NCBI GenBank assembly: GCA_900551615.1
Contig: URWN01000001.1
Coordinates: 4,295-68,294, forward strand
Length of the DNA stretch: 64,000 nt
Direction: 5' to 3'
Origin: an uncultured Clostridium sp.
GTDB lineage: Bacteria > Bacillota > Clostridia > TANB77 > CAG-508
Shown here: one piece after another, positions 9,956-20,493 of the stretch
Position numbering within the stretch: position 1 is the stretch's first letter
How the letters are laid out: each line of letters opens with the position of its first letter
The notes under the pieces: generated by a model
Seen by the model: only the letters and a program-made list of their open reading frames with translations
The model's database searches: none
What the model was told of the DNA's origin: nothing
Position numbers and translations under genes: made by a program

Positions 9956-12900
9956 ATGTTTGATGAAGAAACACTAGAAAAAGTAACAATGGAAATTTTA
10001 CAGAATTTAGAATATAAATGTATAAATGGATATGAGATGCAAAGAACCGACTATTCAAAAGTATTGTTAGAAGAAGACTTAGTTCAAGCAATAGAAAAAA
10101 TAAATAAAGGTATTAAAAATGAACAAGTCCAAGAAGCAGTGAGATTAATTAGAAATTTAGACCACAATAATACAATACTAAACAATAAACAATTCACAAA
10201 GTATTTGTTAGATGGAATTGCTGTGCCTGTTCAAGAAAATGGAGAAACTAAATACAAAACAGTCAAAATACTTGATTTTAATAATATTAATAACAATATA
10301 TTCAAAGCAATAAACCAATACACAATCATTGAACATAGTGAAAAAAGACCAGACATAATTATATTTATAAATGGTATGCCTTTAGTTGTTGTTGAACTAA
10401 AATCAACAGTAAGAGAAGATGTTAAGTTAATAGATGGATATAATCAATTAAAAGGTTATCAAGAAGTACATATACCATCACTATTCTATTATAACCAGTT
10501 TATGATTGTAAGTGATGGAGTACAAGCAAGAGCAGGAACTATCACCAGTCCATGGAGTAGATTTTCGGAATGGAAAAAGGTTGAAGATACAGATGAAGTA
10601 TTAGAGAATATGCCTACCCATAAAACTCTATTCAATGGAATGCTTAGAAAAGATAGATTATTAGATATTATAAGTAATTTTATATTATGGAGTGAAGATA
10701 GTAAAATTTTATCAGCATATCATCAATATTTTGGAGTTAAGAAAGCTATAGCCAGTACAGAAAATGCAATAGATAACAAAACGGGAAAAGCTGGATTACT
10801 TTGGCATACACAAGGAAGTGGAAAGAGCTTTTCAATGGTATTTTATGCTGGGAATATGATAAAAGTATTAAATAATCCAAGTATAGTAGTTGTAACAGAT
10901 AGAAATGACTTAGATAATCAGTTATTTACAACATTTGCAAAATGTTCAGAATATCTAAAACAAGAACCAGTACAAATTGAAAATAGACAGGATTTAAATG
11001 AAAAATTAGAAGGAAGAAAATCAGGTGGAATATTCTTTACCACATTACAAAAATTTGAAGAAGAAACAGGAGTATTTAGCAAAAGAGATGATATTTTAGT
11101 TTTAGTAGATGAAGCACATAGAAGCCATTATGGATTAGATGCAACAATAAAATTTGATAAAACTAAAATGGAAGCATATAAAAAATATGGAACAGCTAAG
11201 TATTTGCATGATGCTTTCCCAAATGCAACATATATTGGATTTACAGGAACGCCTGTTGAAACAAAAGACAGGTCAACAACAAATGTATTTGGAAATATAA
11301 TAGATACTTATGATATGACACAAGCAATTATGGATGGTGCAACGGTGCCAATTATGTATGAATCAAGAATGGCAAGAGTTGGATTAAATCAAAAGATATT
11401 AGATGAGATAGATGATTACTATAATATGCTTGAAACAGAAGAAGGTATTGATGACTATAAAATAGCAGAGTCTAAAAAAGCAATGGCTACAATGAAACAA
11501 ATAATAGAAGATCCAGATAGACTAGAATTGATAGTAAAAGATATTATAAAACATTATGAGGAAATAGAAACAAGTGTGGCTAATAAAGTAATGGTCGTAG
11601 CTTATTCAAGACAATCTGCATTTACAATGTATAATAAATTCTTAGAACTAAGACCAGAATGGAAAAATAAAGTTAATATGATAATAACATCTAATAATAA
11701 AGATGATGAAGAAATGCAAAAAGCAATAGGTTCTAAGAAAGATAAGAAGCAATTAGAAGTAGATTTTAAAGATATGGAGTCTAGCTTCAAAATTGCAATA
11801 GTTGTAGATATGTGGTTAACGGGATTTGACGTGCCTGGACTTGGAACAATGTATATGGACAAACCTATGAAAGCTCATAATTTAATGCAAGCAATTGCAA
11901 GAGTTAACAGAGTTTATAAAGATAAAACTGGTGGTTTAATTGTTGATTACATAGGACTAAAAAGATGGTTGCTAGATGCATTAAAAACATATACAAAGAG
12001 AGACCAAGGAAAGATTGTTGATAATAGTGAATTAGTAAAAGTTTTAATGGATAAAGTAGAATTAATAAGAGATTTATTTAAAGGATTTTACTATGGACAT
12101 TTTGCTACAACAACAGATAGTGATAAATATGAAATTATTATGGCTGGAGCTAACTGGATGCTAAAAACAGAAGAAATTAGAAAAGCATTTATGAGATACA
12201 GTTATGATATAAAAAGTTTATATTCATTATGTACAGGGGAATTATCACAAGAAATTAAAGATGAGATATTGTTCTTCATATCAGTTAGGTCATTTATTTC
12301 AAAGTTATCAGGAGATAAAATAGATGTAAAAGAAATAAATGATAAAGTGGCAAAAATGTTGGAAAGAGCTATCCAAGATGATGAAATGTTACAAATTGGA
12401 GAGGTACATAATAGTAATAGATTAGCAATATTAAGTGACGAAATATTAAATAAACTTGCTAAAATGCAAAAGAAAAATATAGCAGTAGAAGTATTAAATA
12501 GAGCATTAAAAGAATATGTAGAACAAGTTGGAAAAGAAAATGTTGTTTTAATGGAAAAATTCTCAACTAAATTCCAAAAAATAGTAGCATCATATAATGA
12601 AAGAACTAGTGTAGAGGATATAGAAAAAATAATACAAGAAATGATAAATTTAAAAAATGAAATTGAACAGGAATTGAAAGCAGGAAATGAATATAATCTA
12701 TCAACAGAAGAAAAAGCATTTTTTGATGCATTAGGAGATGACCCAGAAGTCAAGGAATTAATGAAGAATGAAACTTTAGTGCAAATTGCTAAAGAATTAG
12801 TTGAAACAGTGAATCAAAATATGACAATTGATTGGGATATTAGAAAAGATGCAAGAGCTAGAATGAGAATTGAAATAAAGAAATTGCTAATAAAATATAA

Positions 12901-12982
12901 TTATCCACCAAACAAAAGTGAAAAAGCAGTACAAACTGTTATAAGACAAGCAGAGCTTAAATGTAAGGGAATGATGGAATAA
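9956..12982 (+). CDS. hsdR: type I R-M restriction/helicase subunit
   Basis: N-terminal nuclease region (IIIFINGMPLVVVELK), Walker A HTQGSGKS, DEAH box VLVDEAHRSH, helicase motif VI QAIARVNR. Confidence 0.95.
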   Translation: MFDEETLEKVTMEILQNLEYKCINGYEMQRTDYSKVLLEEDLVQAIEKINKGIKNEQVQEAVRLIRNLDHNNTILNNKQFTKYLLDGIAVPVQENGETKYKTVKILDFNNINNNIFKAINQYTIIEHSEKRPDIIIFINGMPLVVVELKSTVREDVKLIDGYNQLKGYQEVHIPSLFYYNQFMIVSDGVQARAGTITSPWSRFSEWKKVEDTDEVLENMPTHKTLFNGMLRKDRLLDIISNFILWSEDSKILSAYHQYFGVKKAIASTENAIDNKTGKAGLLWHTQGSGKSFSMVFYAGNMIKVLNNPSIVVVTDRNDLDNQLFTTFAKCSEYLKQEPVQIENRQDLNEKLEGRKSGGIFFTTLQKFEEETGVFSKRDDILVLVDEAHRSHYGLDATIKFDKTKMEAYKKYGTAKYLHDAFPNATYIGFTGTPVETKDRSTTNVFGNIIDTYDMTQAIMDGATVPIMYESRMARVGLNQKILDEIDDYYNMLETEEGIDDYKIAESKKAMATMKQIIEDPDRLELIVKDIIKHYEEIETSVANKVMVVAYSRQSAFTMYNKFLELRPEWKNKVNMIITSNNKDDEEMQKAIGSKKDKKQLEVDFKDMESSFKIAIVVDMWLTGFDVPGLGTMYMDKPMKAHNLMQAIARVNRVYKDKTGGLIVDYIGLKRWLLDALKTYTKRDQGKIVDNSELVKVLMDKVELIRDLFKGFYYGHFATTTDSDKYEIIMAGANWMLKTEEIRKAFMRYSYDIKSLYSLCTGELSQEIKDEILFFISVRSFISKLSGDKIDVKEINDKVAKMLERAIQDDEMLQIGEVHNSNRLAILSDEILNKLAKMQKKNIAVEVLNRALKEYVEQVGKENVVLMEKFSTKFQKIVASYNERTSVEDIEKIIQEMINLKNEIEQELKAGNEYNLSTEEKAFFDALGDDPEVKELMKNETLVQIAKELVETVNQNMTIDWDIRKDARARMRIEIKKLLIKYNYPPNKSEKAVQTVIRQAELKCKGMME

Positions 12983-13008
12983 AATTTAAATGAAGGAGAA
13001 GAAAATAA

Positions 13009-15162
13009 ATGAAAGCAAAAGAGTCAAAATTAGATGATTTATTGTCAAATGTCGATACAAAATTTACTGTCCCAATATTTCAAAGAAAATATAGTTGGGA
13101 TGAAGAACAATGTCATACATTATGGAAGGATTTGCAGAAATTAGGGGAGACATCTTTAAATTCAGGGCACTTTATTGGTTCTATTGTATGTTATCAATTA
13201 AACGATATTGATATGCCTGGTGTAATAAAAGAAAAAATATTAATAGATGGACAACAAAGACTAACGACTCTTTCTATATTGATGATTGCATTGTCTAGAG
13301 CGTATGAAAAATTAGGAGAGAGAACAGCTGCTGATGACATAAAAAATAGATTTATTTTTAATAATAGATATCAGGGAGAAGATAGATTTAAATTAGTACC
13401 AACAGCAGATGATAAGGAGACATATTTCTACATAGCCAAAGGATTAGAAAGCGAATTGATACATCCTTCTGAACAACTTTTAAATAATTTCAATTACTTT
13501 GTAGATTTATTACCTAATACAGTTGAAGAATTAAATAAAATATATATGGCTATTATTAAATTAGATATTGTTTATGTTGTTTTAACAAAAAATCAGGACA
13601 ACCCTCAAATAATATTTGAGAGCATGAATTCAACAGGAAAAGGATTAAGTCAAGGTGATTTATTAAGAAATTATCTATTATTAGATTTAGATACTAAAGT
13701 TCAAAAAAATTTATATGAAAGTTACTGGAGACCAATAGAGCAAGACTTTGGACAACAGGGATATGTAGAAAGATTTGATTTCTTTTTGAGAGATTACCTA
13801 ATTATGATAGAAAAGAAAAATAATATTAGACTTGATCGTGCTTATGAAGAATTTAAAAATTATTATGAAGAGAAAGATTTTTCAAAAGAAGAAATAATAA
13901 AAAGATTAAGAAAGTATTCAAAATATTATTCTACTATATATAATTGTAAAGACAAAGATGCTGAAATTAATAATCTATGGAAACAACTGAAAATACAAAG
14001 AGCTGATACAGTATATCCATTTTTAATGCAAGTATATAATGACTACGAAGAAAGTCAAAAAACTCATGAATTTGAACTTTCAAGAAAAGATTTTATAGAT
14101 ATAGTAAAGGCAATTATTTCGTATGTTTTTAGAAGGTATATATGTGAAATTCCATCAAATTCATTAAATAAAACATTTGCTATATTATATAATTCTGTAG
14201 ATAAGAAAAATTATAGAGTAAGTGTATTAGCAACTTTAATGTTATTAGACTCATATAAAGTATTTCCTAATAATGAAGATTTCAAGAGAGCTTTTGCTAC
14301 AAGAGACATGTATAATACTAGACTGAAAAATTATATATTAGAACAACTTGAAAACTACAACCATCAAAATCCTATTTCAATTAACAATATTGATGTTTCA
14401 ATAGAACATATATTGCCAGAGACTCCAGTTTTAAAATCTTGGTGGCAAGAGGTATTAGGTGATGGATGGAAACAAAAACAAAATGAAAATATGCACAGGA
14501 TAGGAAATTTGACATTAACAAAACCAGTTTATAATTCTGAAATGAGAGATTACAGTTTTAAGAAAAAACTAGCTGTATCAGGAGGAATTAAAGATAGTCA
14601 CTTTATATTAAGTAATTGGATTTTAGATTATGTAGATAATTATGAGAAAGAAAATAAAAAAGATGCAGAATGGAATATTAAACAAATTAATGATAGAAGT
14701 GATGATTTGGCTGATTTAGCAGTAAAGATTTGGGAATATCCAAATTTAAGTGAGGAAGAAATAAAGCCATATAAGTTTTCTAATAAATATGAAAAAGTAT
14801 CTTATGAAAATATAGATCATCTTCCAGAGATGAAGGAAAAAATACAAAAGGTATTTGATAGATTTGATAAAGATATAATGGAATTAGATGATAGAATTAC
14901 TAAAGTAATTACAAAACATTATATAGCTTATAAATATGACTATTCAAATTTCGCTGAAATAATAGTGTACAAAAATTCTCTAAATATATTATTGGATTTA
15001 CCAATTGAATTATTAAAAGATGATAAAAATATAGCTGAAAGTATTACAGTTGGTAGTTGGGGAACAGGAAATATTAGAATAAAAGTATGGGATGATTTAG
15101 ATTATGATTATAAATTAGATTTGATTAGACAATCGTTAGAGAACGAGAAAAATATAAATTAA
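13009..15162 (+). CDS. GmrSD-like DUF262/DUF1524 (ParB-like NTPase + HNH-type nuclease) protein
   Basis: FTVPIFQRKYSW and IDGQQRLTTL (DUF262). C-terminal SIEHILPE ... HRIGNLTL (DUF1524 His-Me finger). 26 nt after hsdR. Confidence 0.85.
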   Translation: MKAKESKLDDLLSNVDTKFTVPIFQRKYSWDEEQCHTLWKDLQKLGETSLNSGHFIGSIVCYQLNDIDMPGVIKEKILIDGQQRLTTLSILMIALSRAYEKLGERTAADDIKNRFIFNNRYQGEDRFKLVPTADDKETYFYIAKGLESELIHPSEQLLNNFNYFVDLLPNTVEELNKIYMAIIKLDIVYVVLTKNQDNPQIIFESMNSTGKGLSQGDLLRNYLLLDLDTKVQKNLYESYWRPIEQDFGQQGYVERFDFFLRDYLIMIEKKNNIRLDRAYEEFKNYYEEKDFSKEEIIKRLRKYSKYYSTIYNCKDKDAEINNLWKQLKIQRADTVYPFLMQVYNDYEESQKTHEFELSRKDFIDIVKAIISYVFRRYICEIPSNSLNKTFAILYNSVDKKNYRVSVLATLMLLDSYKVFPNNEDFKRAFATRDMYNTRLKNYILEQLENYNHQNPISINNIDVSIEHILPETPVLKSWWQEVLGDGWKQKQNENMHRIGNLTLTKPVYNSEMRDYSFKKKLAVSGGIKDSHFILSNWILDYVDNYEKENKKDAEWNIKQINDRSDDLADLAVKIWEYPNLSEEEIKPYKFSNKYEKVSYENIDHLPEMKEKIQKVFDRFDKDIMELDDRITKVITKHYIAYKYDYSNFAEIIVYKNSLNILLDLPIELLKDDKNIAESITVGSWGTGNIRIKVWDDLDYDYKLDLIRQSLENEKNIN

Positions 15163-15256
15163 TACAAATGATAAGCAAGATAAATTATGTATATTGCATG
15201 ATTATTTTGCTTATTATTATTTAATATTCAAAAATATAATTAATAGAGGAAATAAT

Positions 15257-15913
15257 ATGTTAGAACAAACACAAAAATTAAAAGTAATATTTACAAAAAC
15301 TCAAAATGATACTATTAATAGTATCATTGAAAATATAAAAAAAGCAGGAGATAATTATAAAACTATAGAATTATGGAAATTTGATCAATCATTAGGTGGA
15401 ATAGGTGGCTATTGTCAAGGTTGTGATCCAGCCAATTCCAATCCATTTCAAGGTTCAATATATAGAAATGCATATAGATGTTTTCAATATGTTAGAGCAG
15501 ATATAGATATTTTAGATTTAAACTATACAGCAAGAGACATAATAGAAAATTGTGGACATCATTTCGAAGAATCAATAAAAATATATTTACGTTTTCATAA
15601 AAAAATAGAATTTTTGAAAGTTAGGAAGTATCCTTTAGGAAAACTATTAAATTATATATCTGATAGAAATATTTTCGAAAAAAATTTAAGTAAAGAGTTA
15701 AAATTGTTTGTTGATTTGTATAACATATCCAAACACGAAATTCTATCAAATGATGAATTAGATAGAACATTCCATTTAGATGACGCAATAATATGTTATT
15801 TTGCATCAAGGATAATTGGAAAAAAAATACTAATGTTAATAGATAATAATACAGCACAGGGAACATATGAAATAAATTGGGAGAAATATGGAAAAAACAT
15901 AAATAGATTTTAA
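15257..15913 (+). CDS. 218-aa Cys-rich / HEPN-like (DUF4145-like) protein, paralog A
   Basis: Start set at MLEQTQK behind agagga. GGYCQGCDPANSNPFQG block, then helical CGHHFEESIKIYL ... LFVDLYNISKHE. Paralog of 25805-26461. Confidence 0.75.
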   Translation: MLEQTQKLKVIFTKTQNDTINSIIENIKKAGDNYKTIELWKFDQSLGGIGGYCQGCDPANSNPFQGSIYRNAYRCFQYVRADIDILDLNYTARDIIENCGHHFEESIKIYLRFHKKIEFLKVRKYPLGKLLNYISDRNIFEKNLSKELKLFVDLYNISKHEILSNDELDRTFHLDDAIICYFASRIIGKKILMLIDNNTAQGTYEINWEKYGKNINRF

Positions 15914-15937
15914 AAAAGAAATTGGAGTAAAAAAAGA

Positions 15938-16792
15938 ATGATTTATATTACAGGTGACACACATGCTGATTTTTCAAGATTTGAAGAGAATAAATTTCCT
16001 ATACAATCTGAAATGACTAAAAATGATTATATAATTATTTGTGGTGATTTTGGTGGAGTATGGAACTATATAGTAGAGAGTATATATGAAAAGCATTGGC
16101 TAGATTGGTTAAATAATAAAAATTTTACAACTTTATTTGTTGATGGTAATCATGAGAATTTTGAAAGATTTATTAATAACAGAGTTTCATTAAAAATACT
16201 AAGCGATGAAAATTATAAAAAAGAACTATTAAAATTTATAAAGACATTTGATTCTGGAATTGAAGGAATAAGAACTACACCAGATTCAATAGAAGCTGTT
16301 AAAAGTAATAATGGTATTATAGATATTGAAGTTCTTCACAGAGGAGAAAATGGAGAGTTAAAAGCATTAACATTTTATTTAGAATCTAATGGTACGAGAA
16401 AAATGTTTCACTTATTTGATTTCTTTATAGATGCATTAAAAAATGGAATGGTATTATTTGTTGATGAATTAGATGCAAAATTACATCCACTATTAACTAG
16501 ATATATTATTAACTTATTCCATAATAGTCAGACTAATATAGGAAATGGACAGTTAATATATTCAACACATGATACGGTAAACTTAAACAAAGAAACATTT
16601 AGAAGAGATGAAATATGGTTTGCAGAAAAAGATAAAGACGGAATTTCAGAAATATATGCATTATCTGATTATATATTAGAAGATGATAAAAATGCAGGTA
16701 AAAAAGTAAGAAATGATGCAACATACAATAAAGATTATTTAACTGGAAGATATGGTGCTATTCCAGTATTAGAAGATTTTGAGGTATTATAA
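15938..16792 (+). pseudogene. chimeric ORF: metallophosphoesterase N-terminal fragment fused to the C-terminal part of an AAA_21/ABC-type ATPase
   Basis: GDTHADF, CGDFGG and DGNHEN motifs end at about aa 80. Then ESNGTRKMF...FVDELDAKLHP...STHDT...RRDEIWFAEKD follows. There is no Walker A. Confidence 0.6.
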
Positions 16793-17135
16793 ATGAAAAG
16801 CAAAGAAGTTGGAAAAACAAACAAACCCTAATTAATTTAATGGATAAAAACAAGAGATAAATAGAAAATATGGAAAGAAAGTAGAGATACTAATTTCAGA
16901 TATTAATATTAAAGGAACAGGAAGAAAAACAACTGATTTAGTAAAATGTACTCAAAAATATAGCGAATTAACGGTTGATGAAGATAGTAAAGAATATAAG
17001 TATAACTAAAAATCATATTTATGGAAAAGTAGAATATTTTAATGTAAAAAGCAAAATAATGTAATTATACAAAATTATTGCTTTTTAAAGTTATATATTT
17101 TAATTTAATTTTTGTAATAAAATTTTAAAGAAATA

Positions 17136-17178
17136 TTTTGTCCCAAATATTGACTTTTTTGTCCCAAAAGTTTATTAT
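17136..17178 (+). promoter_or_regulatory. sigma-A promoter TTGACT-N17-TATTAT with two direct TTTTGTCCCAAA repeats
   Basis: -35 at 17150-17155 and -10 at 17173-17178. The 12-nt repeats lie at 17136-17147 and 17157-17168 (the second inside the spacer). Confidence 0.6.
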
Positions 17179-17196
17179 ATAGGAGAGGTGATAACA

Positions 17197-18237
17197 ATGA
17201 AGAAAAAGAATGTAATAAATTTAATTAAATATCATGCTGAAAATAAAGAACAAGAATTTAGAAATGAAGCATACGAAATCGCCCAAGATTTTCTTAGAGG
17301 TGGAGATGACGAATTAGCTCATTATATAATGTCTATATTAAGTAAGGCTAATATATTTACTCCACAAAGTATCGATGGAACAAGTGGTTATTTTAAATTA
17401 AATAAAAACTATTCAGATACTTTTAAATTACCGCATTCAATAGAAAAAGATATTTTGGGAATAATTAATGCTATTAGGCATGGGGCTGATGTTAACAAGT
17501 TTTTATTTGTGGGGAATCCTGGTACGGGCAAAACAGAAGCTTGTAAGCAAATTGCAAGAATTTTAAATAGAGAATTATATTTTGTTCAATTTGATGAAAT
17601 TGTTGATAGTAAATTAGGGCAAACTTCAAAAAACATTATTAAATTATTTGATGATATAAACGCATTAAAAAAACCTAATGAAACAATAATTCTTTTTGAT
17701 GAATTAGATGCAATTTCATTAGATAGAATAAATTCTAATGATTTAAGAGAAATGGGAAGAGTGACATCTACATTATTAAGAATGTTAGACTCTTTAGATA
17801 GAAGAATCACATTATTTGCAACAACGAATTTATATGAAAAATTTGACAAAGCACTTTTAAGAAGATTTGATTATATAGTGAATTTTAATGAATACTCTAG
17901 AGAAGAATTAATAGAAGTTGCCAATTCAATTTTGACAAGTGAATTAAATAAATATAAAGAATTAAAACAAGATCAAAAATTAGCTAATAAAATATTCAAT
18001 ATGTATAAAAATATTCCATATCCAGGAGATCTCTATAATATTATAAGGAGCACAATTGCATTTAGTGATTTTTCGAAACCTTATGGATATATGTCAAATC
18101 TCTATCAAAAAATAGTAGGAAAGGAAATAAGTAATGATTTAAAAATGTTAAAAGAGGAAGGCTTTTCCGTTAGAGAAATAGAAAAACTAACTGGTATTTC
18201 AAAAAGTAGCGTTTCAAGGGGGATTATAAATGAATGA
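17197..18237 (+). CDS. ietA: AAA+ ATPase with C-terminal HTH (IetA-like)
   Basis: Walker A GNPGTGKT, Walker B ILFDELD, sensor-1 ATTN, RRFD. C-terminal FSVREIEKLTGISKSSVSRGI. Paired with an S8 protease as in the ietAS defence system. Confidence 0.6.
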   Translation: MKKKNVINLIKYHAENKEQEFRNEAYEIAQDFLRGGDDELAHYIMSILSKANIFTPQSIDGTSGYFKLNKNYSDTFKLPHSIEKDILGIINAIRHGADVNKFLFVGNPGTGKTEACKQIARILNRELYFVQFDEIVDSKLGQTSKNIIKLFDDINALKKPNETIILFDELDAISLDRINSNDLREMGRVTSTLLRMLDSLDRRITLFATTNLYEKFDKALLRRFDYIVNFNEYSREELIEVANSILTSELNKYKELKQDQKLANKIFNMYKNIPYPGDLYNIIRSTIAFSDFSKPYGYMSNLYQKIVGKEISNDLKMLKEEGFSVREIEKLTGISKSSVSRGIINE

Positions 18238-20449
18238 TTTATTAGAGTTAAATGGAGTTTTAAACTCATCACCTTTTACTGGAAAAATAATACCATCACT
18301 ACCTAAAGACAAAATTATAAAATCTAGTAATATAGATAAATTTGCAAGTCAGCTTGAAAAATTATATGGTTTTTGGAGTGAAAAGAAATTAATTGATGGA
18401 GCATTAATAAGTGTTTATTACAATAGGATTATTCCTAAGAGTGGAAGGATTGAAAGACTTTTATCATTAGGGTCTGAAAAATCTAATAATTATGTAAGAG
18501 GAGTAAGATTTGATAGTACAGGAAACAAACATATAATTACATACTATATAAAATTGCCTACATTAAAAATTATAATTAATAGGTTTAGAATAATATCTAA
18601 TATAGTACAAGAAATATGTAGTGGAAGTGTATCAAAGGACAATTTTAAACTTATAGACGATGGTCAAAAATTAATAGAAAATAAATATAAAATGAGTAAA
18701 TCAGAAGTAAAAACATTAATAAGAGATTTTTTAGATATAGAAAAATTTGATGTATTTAGAAATCTAGATGTTAATTTAGAAAAAAGTGGGTATATTACAT
18801 TATTTGCAACAGACAAAAATATAGAACAAATAATGAATGATCTTAATATTCCTAATACTGATTATTCATTGTTTGATACAGATACTATTTATACAGGAAA
18901 TAACAGTGTTCTTTCTAAAATAAAATCAGAAGCTGATTATCTTATTTCAATGACAATGCCTGATCTTGCTAAATATGATAACGAAGAATTTAATAGAATC
19001 GATCCATTATTTGATTTTTCAAGTTTTCCAAAGCCAAGTAATGAACCAACAATTGGAGTTATAGATACTCTTTATTCTAAAAATGTATATTTTAATGAAT
19101 GGGTTGATTATCAGGATTTAGTATCTAATGATATAGAGAAAACAGCTGAAAGTTATCGTCATGGTACAGAAGTAGATTCAATTATTGTTGATGGAGGTCA
19201 CATTAATCCACAATGGAACGATAACTGTGGGAATTTTAAAGTTAGACATTTTGGTGTAGCAATAGATGGAGATAATAATTCATTTGTTATTATTTCAAAA
19301 ATTAAAACCATTATAGAAAAAAACCTAGATATAAAAGTATGGAATATTTCCTTAGGTTCAATATATGATACTCAATTATATACTATTTCTCCTGAAGCAG
19401 CTGCATTAGATGAACTACAAAATAAATATAATATAGTATTTATAGTTTCTGGTACAAATATTTCAAATTCTAATCCAAGTGCAGTAAGAATTGGAGCACC
19501 TGCAGATTCTATAAATTCTATAGTAGTAAATTCTGTAGATAAAAATGGGGATATACCTTCATATGCAAGAAAAGGAAAAGTATTATCATTTTTTATAAAA
19601 CCTGATATATGTGCTTTTGGAGGAGATAAAAATGGATATATAAATGTATGCAATTCAACAGGATTAGGAAAGGTTGCTGGTACTTCCTATGCTGCACCAT
19701 GGATTGCTAGAAAAATGTCGTATTTAATTGATAAACTTGGGCTATCACGAGAAATTGCAAAAGCATTGATTATAGATTCAGCATTAAACTTTTCGAAAAT
19801 AAATTATGACATGGAATATTTAGGATATGGAATTGTTCCTACAAAAATAGAAGAAGTATTATATGGAAAAAATGATGAAATTAAATTTTTTATTGAAGGA
19901 TTTTCTACATCATATAATACATATACATATAAGATACCAGTTCCAATAGTTGATAAAAAATATCCATATAATGCAAGAGCTGTAATGTGTTATTTCCCTA
20001 AATGTACAAGAAATCAAGGAGTAGATTATACAAATACAGAATTAAATATATCTTTTGGAAGAATGTACGATAAAGGAATTAAGTCAATAAATAATAATAT
20101 ACAAGATTCTGAAGTACAAGGAATGACTACAGAAAAGGAAGCAAGAGATATATTCAGAAAATGGGATAATGTAAAAATTGCTCTAGATGAAACGAAAAAT
20201 ACAAAAGTTCCAAGAGATACATTTGGTAAAGAAACATGGGGGTTAAAGGTTACTAATAAAGGAAGAATAGGCCTAGAAAGTGACATAAGATTTGGAGTAG
20301 TAATAACTTTAAAGGAAATGTATGGAAAAAATAGGATAAGCGAATTTATTAATAAATGTGAATTAAATGGCTGGCTTGTGAATAAGATTAATATTGATAA
20401 CCAATTAGATATATATGTATCAGCTGAAGAAGAACTTGAATTTGAATAA
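18230..20449 (+). CDS. ietS: subtilisin-like S8 serine peptidase (IetS-like)
   Basis: Overlaps the ATPase stop by 8 nt. Catalytic triad motifs GVIDT, HGTEV, GTSYAAPW. Has a long N-terminal and a long C-terminal extension. Confidence 0.6.
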   Translation: MNDLLELNGVLNSSPFTGKIIPSLPKDKIIKSSNIDKFASQLEKLYGFWSEKKLIDGALISVYYNRIIPKSGRIERLLSLGSEKSNNYVRGVRFDSTGNKHIITYYIKLPTLKIIINRFRIISNIVQEICSGSVSKDNFKLIDDGQKLIENKYKMSKSEVKTLIRDFLDIEKFDVFRNLDVNLEKSGYITLFATDKNIEQIMNDLNIPNTDYSLFDTDTIYTGNNSVLSKIKSEADYLISMTMPDLAKYDNEEFNRIDPLFDFSSFPKPSNEPTIGVIDTLYSKNVYFNEWVDYQDLVSNDIEKTAESYRHGTEVDSIIVDGGHINPQWNDNCGNFKVRHFGVAIDGDNNSFVIISKIKTIIEKNLDIKVWNISLGSIYDTQLYTISPEAAALDELQNKYNIVFIVSGTNISNSNPSAVRIGAPADSINSIVVNSVDKNGDIPSYARKGKVLSFFIKPDICAFGGDKNGYINVCNSTGLGKVAGTSYAAPWIARKMSYLIDKLGLSREIAKALIIDSALNFSKINYDMEYLGYGIVPTKIEEVLYGKNDEIKFFIEGFSTSYNTYTYKIPVPIVDKKYPYNARAVMCYFPKCTRNQGVDYTNTELNISFGRMYDKGIKSINNNIQDSEVQGMTTEKEARDIFRKWDNVKIALDETKNTKVPRDTFGKETWGLKVTNKGRIGLESDIRFGVVITLKEMYGKNRISEFINKCELNGWLVNKINIDNQLDIYVSAEEELEFE

Positions 20450-20455
20450 AATATA

Positions 20456-20483
20456 ATGGTACTACATTTTATTGTAGCACCAT
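20456..20483. terminator. bidirectional hairpin between convergent genes
   Basis: atggtactaca / tgtagcaccat (one G-U pair), 6-nt loop. A/T runs on both sides. Confidence 0.6.
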
Positions 20484-20493
20484 TATATTTTTT

